From: Octopus vulgaris
Taxonomy: Eukaryota
Assembly: GCA_951406725.2 (NCBI GenBank)
Contig: OX597841.1
Span: 16,492,001-16,556,000 of the forward strand
Reading direction: 5' to 3'
Length of the DNA stretch: 64,000 nt
Shown here: positions 46,679 through 60,413 of the stretch, one piece after another
Layout: every line of letters starts with the position of its first letter
How positions within the stretch are numbered: position 1 is the stretch's first letter
Program-made: the position numbers and the translations under genes
The notes under the pieces: model-generated
Databases searched by the model: none
Seen by the model: only the letters and a program-made list of their open reading frames with translations
What the model was told of the DNA's origin: nothing

Positions 46679-46851
46679 AGTCTCAGATTCTTGTAGTGAT
46701 GATGGTGAAGGATATCGACTCCGTACTTGTTTTTCGAAAATGCACCCTAAATGTTCAATGATATTGAGATCTGGAGACTGTGGTGGCCAGATAAGATGTT
46801 CAACTTCACTAGAATTTTCCTCGTGCCATTCGGTAACAACTTTAGCTCTCT

Positions 46852-47423
46852 CTCTTTTACTCTTTTACTTGTTTCAGTCATATGACTGCGGCCATGCTGG
46901 AGCACCGCCTTTAGTCGAGCAAATCGACCCCGGGACTTATTCTTTGTAAGCCTAGTACTTATTCCATCGGTCTCTTTTGCCGAACCGCTAAGTGACGGAG
47001 ACGTAAACACACCAGCATCAGTTGTCAAGCGATATTGGGGGGACAAACACAGACACACAATCACACACACTCATACATATATATATATACATATATACAA
47101 CAGGCTTCTTTCAGTTTCCGTCTACCAAATCCACTCACAAAGCATTGGTCGGCTCGGGGCTATAGCAGAAGACACTTGCCCAAGATGCTACGCAGTGGGA
47201 CTGAACCCGGAACCATGTGGTTGGTAAGCAAGCTACTTACCACACAGCCACTCCGGCGCCTATACATATATATATACATATATACATATATACGACGGGC
47301 TTCTTTCAGTTTCCGTCTACCAAATCCACTCACAAGGCATTGGTCGGTCCGAGGCTATAGCAGAAGACATTTGCCCAAGATGCCACGCAGTGGGACTGAA
47401 CCACACAGCCACTCCTGCACCTA
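46852..47423 (-). mobile_element. SINE family B with tandem duplicated head, in Tc1
   Basis: Two head units (~47098-47262 and ~47293-47423). Confidence 0.9.
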
Positions 47424-47873
47424 TGTGTGAGTTGGTGCTTTATCATCCTGAAAGACTGCGTTTCGCCCCGGAAACATTTCCGCAACCAAAGGATGAATTT
47501 GATAAGATAAAATGCTTAAATAGTCTTGACTATTTATTCGGCTACGAAGGGAAACCATTGTACCGGCGGATTTCCAAGATATATCTCCTGCACCCCACAG
47601 ATCATCAGAGATTCTCCTCCATGTTTAACAGTTGGAAGAAGGTAGGCTGGGTCACATTCTTCTTTTGGCTGTCTCCATACGTATACTCGGCCGGTGGTCA
47701 GAAATAAGGTAAAGGATGACTCGTCCGAGAAAATACAATTCTTCTACTGCTCTAGGGATTAATTTTAGCCGCAGTATAGTCTGTACTTGTGTGTGTGTGT
47801 ATATGTATGTCTGTATGTATGTATGTATGTATGTATGTATGTATGTATGTATGTATGTATGTATGTATGTATG

Positions 47874-47905
<32 letters not shown>

Positions 47906-48046
47906 TGTATGTATGTATGTATGTATGTATGTATGTATGTATGTATGTATGTATGTATGTATGTATGTATGTATGTATAAGTATATATGTGTATAACTAT
48001 CTATCTACTATACACACGCACAGAAACACACACAGGCACACACACA

Positions 48047-48097
<51 letters not shown>

Positions 48098-48510
48098 GTG
48101 TGTATGTATGTATTTATATTGATACTTATGTATATAACAAAGTGCCTATCGATAGACATATGCATACTCATATATATGTGTGTGTGTGTAAATGTATATG
48201 CGAATGTATTATATATATATATATATAAATAGATAGTTATATAGATGGATATATAGATGGATATATAGATGGATAGATAGATAGTTAGATGGGTGGATAG
48301 ATAGGTAGATAAAGATATACATATACAAATGTACACACATATGTACACACACACATATATATTTATATATGTATATATATATTCATATATAGAGATACGT
48401 ATGTAAATACATATATCTACGTGTATATATGCACAAATATATATTCATACATCTATAAGTATACGTTAGTACACATGCATATATATATATATACACACAC
48501 ATAGATAGAT

Positions 48511-48559
<49 letters not shown>

Positions 48560-49003
48560 CATACACTGATGATGTACACTTAGATTTGCAGTGTGTAAAC
48601 CATACACACCACTATAGTCAGAGAAACGGGTGCGCCCACCCGTATAACATTCGTCATGATATTTACGTTTTTATGTTAGAGAAGGGGGTGGCATCTGTGA
48701 CAGTTGTCACTGTTCATCGCAGGGTGGGGGTGGCGTTAGTCGTGTGGAGGAGCTCGGGTGGTTTGGTTAAGCTTTTGGTGTGGAGTCGCCGTAGGTGGAC
48801 GGGTGGAAGTTTAGAGGTCGATAAACATGCAAATGGATCGATAGATACGTGGATAGAAAACTAGATCTGTAGGAAATGTCCCCCCTGTGTATGTAATTCT
48901 GTGTGTATGTATGTATGTATGTATGTATGTATGTATGTTCGTGTATGTGTATGTGTGTGTGTGAGTTTAAGTATTTATTTATATATGCATACAAGCATAA
49001 GTT

Positions 49004-49052
<49 letters not shown>

Positions 49053-49112
49053 TAGTGTGTGCAGCTATGTTGACATATATCTATACATATATGGATGTCT
49101 GTGTCTGTGTGC

Positions 49113-49179
<67 letters not shown>

Positions 49180-49494
49180 TATATATATATATAGACATAT
49201 ACATATATATAGACATATACATATATATATATATATATATACATATGCATATATATATGCATATATATATGTATGTATATAAACACACACATACATATAT
49301 ATATACACATACACATGGATATATGTATATATACATACATACATATATAAATCATACATATATATATATATGTACACTCACATATATATGAATATAAGCA
49401 TATATATCATATATATATATATTTAACGATTATATAAATATACACACACATATATATATATGTGTGTGTTTATGTAGACATATGTATATAGTTG

Positions 49495-49539
<45 letters not shown>

Positions 49540-49623
49540 TTGTATGTAATTAAACATGTTTATATATATATATATATACAAATATATAAACATCTACATG
49601 TGCATATCTGTGTACCTACGTTC

Positions 49624-49656
<33 letters not shown>

Positions 49657-49840
49657 TGTACGGGCGTGCTGGTACTTAGATAAAAAGATACAGCGTCAGA
49701 TAGTTTAATTAATGGCCTAGCTGTGTGTATATATCAGAGAGACAGGTAAAGAAACAAATAAATACAAACACACACACACACACAATACAGTGAATTTATT
49801 GAGGGAAGAGGTGACACACACACACAGACACACACACACA

Positions 49841-49900
<60 letters not shown>

Positions 49901-50016
49901 GATACGAACACAGACACCTGCGCACGCATTCAAATTCACTCACAAACACATACGCCAATAGAAATGGACGTGTGTACACACACGTATATCCTTATATATA
50001 CGTTTATGTATGCGTG

Positions 50017-50159
50017 TGCGGTAGGAAAGTTTGCTTCCCAACCACATGGTTCCGGGTTCAATCCTGCTGTGTGGCACCAAAAGCAAGTGTCTTCTGTAGC
50101 CTCTTTTCAAAGAAAGCCTTCTGAGTGGATTTGGCACACGGAAACTGAAAGAAGCTGTC

Positions 50160-50162
<3 letters not shown>
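50017..50162 (+). mobile_element. Old SINE B head
   Basis: Diverged match ccaaccacatggttccgggttcaatcc...ggaaactgaaagaagc. Confidence 0.75.
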
Positions 50163-50247
<85 letters not shown>

Positions 50248-50250
<3 letters not shown>

Positions 50251-50556
50251 AGAAAAAAGCAACAAGAATGGATTAGTTTTTCAGTACAATTGTTTCATAC
50301 GAAGAACAGCTTTATTAAAAGCTGCAAATATTGCAGCAAATACAAGTGTCCCGTACTCATCAGCTTTTAATAAAGCTGGTCTTCGTATGAAACAATTGTA
50401 CTGAAAAACTAATCCATTCTTGTTGCTTTTTTCTTGTTTATAATCACACCACATTATTTTATGGTTAATACCATATAGATTTCTGGTGCATCTAAGTTAA
50501 GTACCGCATTCAAGTGAATTCAATAGAACTCACTTGAATCTTAATTGCTTTTTACT
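50248..50556. mobile_element. Fold-back element in (TA)n: 77-bp arms (50248-50324 / 50361-50437) with hammerhead core on - strand
   Basis: One mismatch between arms; minus strand CTGATGA (50363-57) gtacggg...ttcgtat GAAA caattg TA; stem I reduced to 2 bp by the inversion. Confidence 0.8.
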
Positions 50557-50576
50557 ATATATATATATATATATAG

Positions 50577-50781
50577 CCGCCATGGTAGATCGGTAGCCAC
50601 TACACACATTTTTTTCTCCCCTTTTTTTTCTCTCCTTGTTTCTTTCTGTGTCCCTTCTGTCGAAGAGCATAGGCTCGAAACGTAAAAGACTTTTTCTATT
50701 CGTGAGCGTTATACTAATACATCTGTTTGTTTTCTACACCACCTGCCTTCGTTGTTTTTTTTTTCGTGAATTCTCCCTCTA
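50577..50781 (+). mobile_element. pLTR-like short repeat with variant hammerhead motif (50652-50690)
   Basis: CTGTCGA-a-gagc atag gctc-GAAA-cg-TA-aaag; paralogue at 55772-55942 (-); TA-flanked. Confidence 0.65.
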
Positions 50782-50809
50782 AATATATATATGTGTGTGT
50801 GTGTTTGTA

Positions 50810-50858
<49 letters not shown>

Positions 50859-50895
50859 GTTTGTATATATATGTATGTTTATATATATGTATGTT

Positions 50896-50937
<42 letters not shown>

Positions 50938-51020
50938 TGTATATATATATATACATGTGTATGTGTGTATATATCTATCTATCTATATATATATATATAT
51001 ATATATGTGTGTATATATAT

Positions 51021-51051
<31 letters not shown>

Positions 51052-51233
51052 GCTAGCCACCAGCATAACGGGACAAACCGATAGATTGGTACATTGATAA
51101 ATCGAAACATAGTTATCCAGAGATTTCCGTGGAACGGTATATATGATGAGAAAAGAGAGAGTTGGTGGAGGTGGGCCAAACTGGAATGTATGATATATAT
51201 GAGTGGGTGTGAATATTCATGCTGACGTACACA

Positions 51234-51265
<32 letters not shown>

Positions 51266-51373
51266 ACACACACATTCATACCGGGACTCACCAACACCGA
51301 TTACGCATTAAGGTCGATGTAATGAAAGGAAACCCAACTCACAAATTTCAGGCTTATGTCTATAATAAAAATT

Positions 51374-51417
<44 letters not shown>

Positions 51418-51437
51418 GTTGTTGTTGTTGTTGTTAT

Positions 51438-51652
51438 TAGCGCGGTGAGCGGGCAGAATCGTTAGCACGGCGGGCGAAATGCTTACGGCATTTCGCCCGT
51501 CGCTACGTTCTGAGTTCAAATTCGGCCGAGGTCGATCTTGCCTTTCATTCTTTCGGGGTCGATAAATTAAGACTAGTGGAACCATCAGTTCGATGTAATC
51601 GACACATCTCCTCCCCCAAAATGGCTGCCCTTGTGATAAAATTTGAGACAAT
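51438..51652 (+). mobile_element. Older SINE A variant between (TTA)n tracts
   Basis: Head and core match; alternative tail ctcccccaaaatggctgcccttgtg. Confidence 0.8.
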
Positions 51653-51699
51653 TATTATTATTATTATTAATATTATTATTATTATTATTATTCTACGTT

Positions 51700-51701
51700 T
51701 C

Positions 51702-51763
<62 letters not shown>

Positions 51764-51979
51764 TATGTTTGACTTTTGCTTTACATTTGTACAAGTTGGC
51801 TCCAAGTCTCACCCAGAGACATCAAGAGACAACAGGTTGGACGTTCATGTTGTTGTTATGCCTAGTGTGCCATATATTTGGTTTTGTATTTAGTGTTGTA
51901 CTAGTGAATGTCTTAAAAAAAAACGAAAATTACGTTTGTTTTAAAACTTGAGATTACATAGAAAGTATTTTGCATAGGA

Positions 51980-51980
<1 letters not shown>
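51700..51980 (-). mobile_element. R4/Dong-like LINE extreme 3' end with (TAA)n tail
   Basis: ORF end ILCKILSM*, ~190-nt UTR, (TAA)n tail; embedded in a TAA microsatellite as expected for Dong. Confidence 0.6.
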
Positions 51981-52045
<65 letters not shown>

Positions 52046-52047
52046 TA

Positions 52048-52110
<63 letters not shown>

Positions 52111-52784
52111 GTAGTAGTAGTAGTAGTAGTAGTAGTAGCAGTATCAACAAGAGTCAATTAATTAACCGATATACCAAAAAACATACCGATTGGTTCACCA
52201 ATCGTTCGGTCAATCTATCAATCAATCAATCAATCAATCAGCTGATGAATGAATCGTCTAGTTTTTGCCACAGTTCTTCCGTTGCCATTCGAGTCCTCAT
52301 CAATCACATGACCCCGCCCGTCACTCCAGCTCTGTCACATGATAAAGCCACGAATGGCGACGAAAGAATTCTCGCTAAGCTAGCTGAATAATTGTTTAAG
52401 TGATTATTCGATTCATTGATTGATTGGTTGGTTGATAGATCGACCGATCGAACAATCAATCGAGTACCAAAACCTTAGAAACGTTAGTAAAACAGTTTAA
52501 AGAAAGGCGAAGATTATAGTAAGTATTTTACCATAGGAGTGGCTGTGTGGTCAGCAGGTTGTTAAGCGGTGGTAGGACACCCCACACGTATATATATATA
52601 TATATAATAATAAATATTAGGGAATAAATCCAAATTTACAGGGAAAAAATCAGATTTAGGATTAAATCCAATTTTATAGTAAAATATTATAAAATATTAT
52701 TAGAGACAAAACCACTATTTTGCAAAACAAACAAGGAAATACTTAATCAATACATAAAATTTTAATAAATAGTCAAAAAAACCG

Positions 52785-52827
52785 CCACTACAATTGTTTC
52801 TTGTCTTGATCAACAATCTTCAGGTGG
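52785..52827 (-). ncRNA. Minimal type I hammerhead ribozyme (antisense copy)
   Basis: rc: ccac CTGAAGA ttgtt gatcaa gacaa GAAA caattg TA gtgg. Confidence 0.75.
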
Positions 52828-52880
52828 ACTTCCAATAAGTCAGTTTCGACTTCATAATTTGAAACTGACTTATTGGAAGT

Positions 52881-52923
52881 CCACCTGAAGATTGTCGATC
52901 AAGACAAGAAACAATTGTAGTGG
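52881..52923 (+). ncRNA. Minimal type I hammerhead ribozyme
   Basis: ccac CTGAAGA ttgtc gatcaa gacaa GAAA caattg TA gtgg; palindromic stem III ACAATTGT; atypical U-A pair at base of stem II. Confidence 0.78.
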
Positions 52924-53015
52924 CGGTTTTTTTGACTATTTAAAATTTTAAAATTTTATGTATTGATTAAGTCTTTCCTTGTTTGTTTTGCAAAATAGTG
53001 GTTTTGTCTCTAATA

Positions 53016-53066
<51 letters not shown>

Positions 53067-53097
53067 ATGTTTGTGTGCGTGTGTGTGTGTGTGTGTG

Positions 53098-53261
53098 TGA
53101 CAGGTTTCTTTCAGTTTCCGTCTAGCAAATCCACCTACAAGGCATTTGTCGGCCTGAGCTCATAATTCAAGACAAGTGCCTAAGGTGCCACACAGTGGCA
53201 CGGAAGCCGGAACCATGTGTTTGGGAGGCAGGGTTCTTACCACGCAGCCACGCCTGCGCCT

Positions 53262-53262
<1 letters not shown>
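53098..53262 (-). mobile_element. Old SINE B head
   Basis: Diverged match to B head. Confidence 0.75.
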
Positions 53263-53303
<41 letters not shown>

Positions 53304-53474
53304 TCACATGTATGTATATATATACAGATAAATATGCATACATACATACTGAATATTGACGTGCCACGCCAGAAATGGAAAATTCCAGAAATTCTTGAGG
53401 GTAGCTCCAGCTGGTACAGATACTGTGTGCCGCTATGGCACGTGAGTTAGTAAGCAATGACGATTACCATGTTT

Positions 53475-53995
53475 ATTTACTCTTTACTCTTTTACTCCTT
53501 TACTTGCTTCAGTCATTTGACTGCGGCCATGCTGGAGCACCGCTTTTTAGTCGAGCAAATCGACCCCAGGACTTATTATTTGTAAGCCCAATGCTTATTC
53601 TATCGGTCTCTTTTGCCGAACCACTAAGTGACGGGGACGTAAACACACCAGCATCGGTTGTCAAGCAATGCTAGGGGGACAAACACAGACACACAAACAT
53701 ATACACACGCACTTATATATATATATATATATATATATATACTTTGATACTTTGATACTTTATATATATATATATATATATATATCAGAATTTTATATAT
53801 ACGTATATATATATATATATATATATATATACGACAGGCTTCTTTCAGTTTCCGTCTACCAAATCCACTCACAAGGCATTGGTCGGCCCGGGGCTATAGC
53901 TGAAGACACATGCCCAAGGTGCTATGCAGTGGGACTGAACCCGGAACCATGTGGCTGGTTAGCAAGCTACTTACCACACAGCCACTCCTGCGTCT
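53475..53995 (-). mobile_element. SINE family B, full length with expanded internal (TA)n
   Basis: Head-to-tail match. Confidence 0.9.
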
Positions 53996-54568
53996 ATATA
54001 CTTTATTTATATACTTTATATATTTTTTTTTTACATTAAACCTAAAACGTAATTTTTACGCAAAAACCGAATTTTCCCTCCAGGTATGATTGCAACATGA
54101 CTAGCTTCATTATTTTAAAATTAAAATACTGACTATTTTTTTTCCCCAGATTTCATTTTATTTACCTGTAATTACATTCTACGCCTAGTTTTTATATCTT
54201 ACATAAAATCCCCTTTCTTACCTGTGTTGTAATAATTAAAATAAAAATGGCGCATATGTACTATAAGCTTTTAATCAAAACATGACATTAAAGGGGATGA
54301 CTGAAATATCACCTTTCTGGTGGTATTATGTATAAAAGTTTTTATTAAATGAAACAAAAGAGAAAAAAAGAAATGGCATTGGAAGGGCGACGTATGCGCA
54401 GCACTGATGAATTCTTTCGCAAAATATAGTGTAGTTTATAATGTGTTGCTTACCCATGCTTCTTAACTGAATTGAATTAAATATATATATATATACATAC
54501 ATATATATATATATATATTTATATATCGCATTCCGACTTTGTAATATATATATATATATATATATCGC

Positions 54569-54833
<265 letters not shown>

Positions 54834-54852
54834 ATATATATATATATACACA

Positions 54853-54944
<92 letters not shown>

Positions 54945-54959
54945 TATATATATACATAC

Positions 54960-55014
<55 letters not shown>

Positions 55015-55016
<2 letters not shown>

Positions 55017-55243
55017 GGAGTAAACACATAAATGTGAAACAAGGTGGAAAAAAGAGTACTCAAATACCAGTGATAGAGTAATATGCTTTATTTAAAGCAG
55101 CAGAAAATTCAACAAAATCTGTTACTCTGAGTTTCTCGTTGCCGTTCATCAGACAGTTTTTGCTAGAAAAAACTGTCTGATGAACGGCAACGAGAAACTC
55201 AGAGTAACAGATTTTGTTGAATTTTCTGCTGCTTTAAATAAAG
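55015..55243. mobile_element. Fold-back element in a long (TA)n tract: perfect 76-bp arms (55086-55161 / 55168-55243)
   Basis: Inverted repeat with 6-nt spacer; one-sided tail 55015-55085. Confidence 0.88.
55171..55212 (+). ncRNA. Minimal type I hammerhead ribozyme (mirror copy on - at 55117-55158)
   Basis: ctgt CTGATGA a cg gcaa cg a GAAA ctc a gag TA acag; stem II reduced to a GCAA tetraloop hairpin with an A-A mismatch at its base. Confidence 0.7.
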
Positions 55244-55277
<34 letters not shown>

Positions 55278-55392
55278 TATATATATATACACACATATAT
55301 ATATATATATATATACACATATATATATATATATACACATATATATATACATATATATATATATCCACATATATATATACATATATATCCAC

Positions 55393-55437
<45 letters not shown>

Positions 55438-55630
55438 TAGAGACAGAAAAATATAAGCAATAGCAAGCAACACAGCTAATCTCCAATACAATATGTCACA
55501 CCATTCCTTGACATTTAGAAACAGAAATTCAATCATAGATACATACATACACACACGGCACATATATGTGTGTGTGTGTACACACACACATACACACATA
55601 CACACACACACACATATATATGTATATACT

Positions 55631-55942
<312 letters not shown>

Positions 55943-56147
55943 TTCTATATATTTATCGAGGTTGCGTGGATGATCCGGTTCTTGACTGGAGATGAGGAGC
56001 TTCGAGTGACCCGTCCGTGTTTTTTTTTGTGTCGTCTGTCTGGATGTTTTGTTGTCCCTTTTTGTCTGTCTATCCATCCATCCATAAATGCCTCCCCCCC
56101 TCCCACTACACAGACACTCACACAGACAAAATATATTTGACTATTTA

Positions 56148-56367
56148 GGGCGGCGAGCTGGCAGAAACGTTAGCACGCCGTATTTCGTCTGGCGTTACGT
56201 TCTGGGTTCAAATTTCGCCGAGGTCGACTTTGCCTTTCATACTTTCGGGGTCGATAAATTAAGTACCAGTTGCGCGCGCACTGGAGTCGATATAATCGAC
56301 TTAATCCGTTTAGCTGTCCTTGTTTGTCCCCTCTGTGTTTAGCCCCTTGTGGGTAGTAAAGAAATAG
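56148..56367 (+). mobile_element. SINE family A with small internal deletion
   Basis: 13-bp TSD atatttgactatt at 56133-45 and 56368-80. Confidence 0.9.
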
Positions 56368-56526
56368 ATATTTGACTATTGCTCTTAGTTAAGGTTACCA
56401 ACCAGTGTCAAATTACTCACAGAAATTGAGGAAATCCAACGAAGCTACGCGAAGGCGATAGCCTCTATGCAGCATATAGGAAGGTATGTGGCTAAGCAAC
56501 CTGTTGCTTGTCCTTTATATATATAT

Positions 56527-56557
<31 letters not shown>

Positions 56558-57219
56558 CAGAAAAATATAAGCAATAGCAAGCAACACAGCTAATCTCCAA
56601 TACAATATGTCACACCATTCCTTGACATTTAGAAACAGAAATTCAATCATAGATACATACATACACACACGACACATATATGTGTGTGTGTGTACACACA
56701 CACATACACACACACACACATATATATGTATGTATATATGTATATATATATATGTATGTATGTATGTATGTATATATGTATGTATATATGTATGTATATA
56801 TGTATGTATATATGTATGTATATATGTATGTATATATGTATGTATATATGTATGTATATTTAAATGCATATATGTATGTATATATATATGTATGTATATT
56901 TATATGTATGTATATTTATATGTATATATGTATGTATATATGTATGTATAAATGTGCATGTATATATATATATATTTATAAGTATATATATATATCGACA
57001 TATATTAGAAGGTTTGGAGATGATGTACACGTATTATATATTAGAAGAAATGAGGTACGCAGAGGTCTGGGTGGTTTTATATTTACAGATATTTATTAGT
57101 ATGTTACATGTTTTTAGAAATTATATGTCATATATATATATATATATATAGCGCTTTCGTCCATTCTAGTGGAGTTTTCAAATTGAAATAACTCCTGCAG
57201 GAATTTTGGAAAACAGACA

Positions 57220-57800
57220 TGCGTAGAGGAGAGGCTGTGTGGTAAGTCGCTCGCTTACCAACCACATGCTTCCGGGTTCAGTCCCACTGCGTACAACCTC
57301 GGGCAAGTGACTTCTACTATAGCATCGGGCCGACCAAAGCCTTGTGAGTGGATTCCGTAGATGGAAACTGAAAGAAGCCCGTCGTATATATGTATATAGG
57401 CGTAGGAGTGGCTGTGTGGTAAGTCGCTCGCTTACCAACCACATGCTTCCGGGTTCAGTCCCACTGCGTACAACCTCGGGCAAGTGACTTCTACTATAGC
57501 TTCAGGCCGACCAAAGCCTTGTGAGTGGATTTGGTAGACGGAAACTGAAAAAAGCCCGTCATATATATGTATATATGTGTGTGTATGTTTGTGTGTGCGT
57601 GCGAGTTTGTATGTGTGCGTGTGTGTTTGTTCCACCCACACGCTTGACAACCGATGCTGGTGTCTCTACCTACCCGTAACTTAGCGGTTCGGTGAAAGAT
57701 TGATAAAATAAGTACTAAACTTACAAAAAATAAGTCCTGGGGTCGATGTGCTCGACTAAAGGCGATGTTCCAGCATGGCCGTTGTCAACTGACAGAAAGA
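57220..57800 (+). mobile_element. SINE family B with tandem duplicated head
   Basis: Two heads share private variants (gtcgctcg, catgcttcc, gcgtacaacctcggg). Confidence 0.88.
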
Positions 57801-57869
57801 ATATATATAGCGTATGTATATATATATTGATACGCACAAAAATACGTATACACGCTCGCAAATGTGTAT

Positions 57870-57922
<53 letters not shown>

Positions 57923-58154
57923 TGTGTGTATGTATATATATATAGATGTGTGTATGTATATATATATTGATGTGTGTTTCAATATCTATTTATCTATCGA
58001 CCGATCGATCGTTCGATCTATCTGTTTATATGTTTCCGCGTGTGTCTTCACATTCTATATATGCGTTCAAATACACACACGCACATACACAAGCATATGT
58101 AAATTTATACATATCTGTGTGTGTGTGTTTATGTAAGTATGTATGTATATATAT

Positions 58155-58223
<69 letters not shown>

Positions 58224-58300
58224 GATCTATCTATCTATATATATATATATATATATGTATGCATGTATGTAAATGTATTTATATCTCTCTCTCTCTTTTC

Positions 58301-58352
<52 letters not shown>

Positions 58353-58461
58353 TACACATATATACGTATATGTACTTACGTTTATATATAGGTATATATA
58401 TATATATATGCCTACACGTGTGCCAGTGCGTGCAAATACACACACACACACACATACACAG

Positions 58462-58510
<49 letters not shown>

Positions 58511-58724
58511 CACTGAAATATGTCACCTTGAAATATGGCTGTAAACAAGAGCCCACAACAAAAATGAAACAACAAACAACAAAGAAAACAACAACATATA
58601 TTACTAACAAAACATTCACAATAACAATATATAATAATATAACTAAGAAAAAAAAATAACTAAAATTTCAGAAAATTTATATTTATATGATCGTGTTATA
58701 ACTGTGTATTTTCGTTGACTGTAT

Positions 58725-58768
<44 letters not shown>

Positions 58769-58806
58769 TAGATAGATAGATAGATAATATATACATACAT
58801 ATGTAT

Positions 58807-58846
<40 letters not shown>

Positions 58847-59371
58847 GTGTGTATGTGTATATAATACATATATATCTGTTTGTATATAGTATATATCATA
58901 TATACAAAGTGTGTACGTGTGCTTCTATATGTCTGTATATGCGTGTGTGTGTATGTGTGTTTATATACGTATGTTCGTCTGTCTATACACGTATATATTG
59001 TGTATGTATGAATGCATGTATATATGTATGTTAGTGTGTTTGTGTGTTTGTGTGTGTTACGTGTGCATATGAATAGGTGTATGCATGCATATATATATAT
59101 ATACATATACACACATACACACACGCATATACATATTTATATAGCCCTTTTTTTAACGGACCAAACCAAAAGCTCAGTAGAAATTATAACTCTTACATGG
59201 AGTTCGGAATGAAAAATTGATTTATATATGGCGGAATATCATAAACTAAAAGAATGAAATTCGGAAGACAGCATACTCGTTTCAATATGCATAGGTATGT
59301 GTGTGTGTCTTTTTGTGTCTGTGTGAATGCATGTGTGTTAGTATACATGTATATGCGTGTGTGTATATACA

Positions 59372-59404
<33 letters not shown>

Positions 59405-59442
59405 GTAATATATCTATGTATATTTGTATAAAAATAGATGTC

Positions 59443-59473
<31 letters not shown>

Positions 59474-59543
59474 TGCTAGATAAATATATACATACATATA
59501 TACATACCTATATACGTAAGCAGACGTATATGATTATGTTTTA

Positions 59544-59589
<46 letters not shown>

Positions 59590-59595
59590 GATATA

Positions 59596-59640
<45 letters not shown>

Positions 59641-59687
59641 TATTTCATGTTTAGATATGTGTCTTCTGTGTAAGTATATATATGTAA

Positions 59688-59742
<55 letters not shown>

Positions 59743-60076
59743 TGAAATCATAAAAGGTCACTTCTATGCAAAATGCTTAAAATTATTTGGTTCGTTTTCA
59801 TTTTTGCGATACACTCGAGATCAACAACAGCAGCAACAACAAAAAACACAACAACAACAACAACAACAACAAAAACAACAACAATATCCTCAGTAGCAAA
59901 ATCTAGCGGGAAGAAGAAGAAGAAGACGAAGAATAACAGCAGCAACAACAACATAAACAAACCGTATGAACCTATAAACAAAAATTATATAACGTCGAAC
60001 TTCGTAAAATGTTACAACATTATAAATATAGTTTGTTAAAACAGAAAAAAAATGTGTTTGTTTTTGTTCTTTTTTG

Positions 60077-60110
<34 letters not shown>

Positions 60111-60319
60111 AGGGGGTGGTTCTGTTGTAAACTAACAAACTGTACTATGTAAAAATTTGTGAGTACGTAGTGTACTCTATCTGCTCTCTGTAGTATGTAT
60201 TCTCTGAATTATGATGCTCATAAACGCATGTGAATATGTATGTATGTATATTTGTATATATATACATACATATATACACATATATATATACATGCATATA
60301 TATATATATGCATATATAT

Positions 60320-60376
<57 letters not shown>

Positions 60377-60413
60377 AATAATCAAAATAAGCAACAAAAA
60401 TGAGTCAGGTAAC

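Larger units (their letters stand above)
46113..47785 (-). mobile_element. Tc1-family (DD34E-type) transposon relic with two nested SINEs
   Basis: VFSDESSFTLFLTTGRVYVWRQPKE..LLPTVKHGG...VFQDDKAPTH / AKVVTEW..WPPQSPDLNIIEH...YESIPCRIQAV..AKSGPT; terminus TA|cagggttgtacaaaataatggaaacacc. Confidence 0.9.
52605..53025. mobile_element. Fold-back element in (TA)n: ~160-bp arms (52688-52847 / 52861-53025)
   Basis: Near-perfect inverted repeat with 13-nt spacer; extra one-sided tail 52605-52687. Confidence 0.88.

Noticed and set aside
47390-47707. 105-aa plus-strand ORF with ordinary composition
   Set aside because: Antisense shadow of the Tc1 transposase relic
52236-52380. CTGATGA ... GAAA-gaattc-TC
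   Set aside because: Stems I and II do not pair adjacent to the core; better explained by the long hairpin
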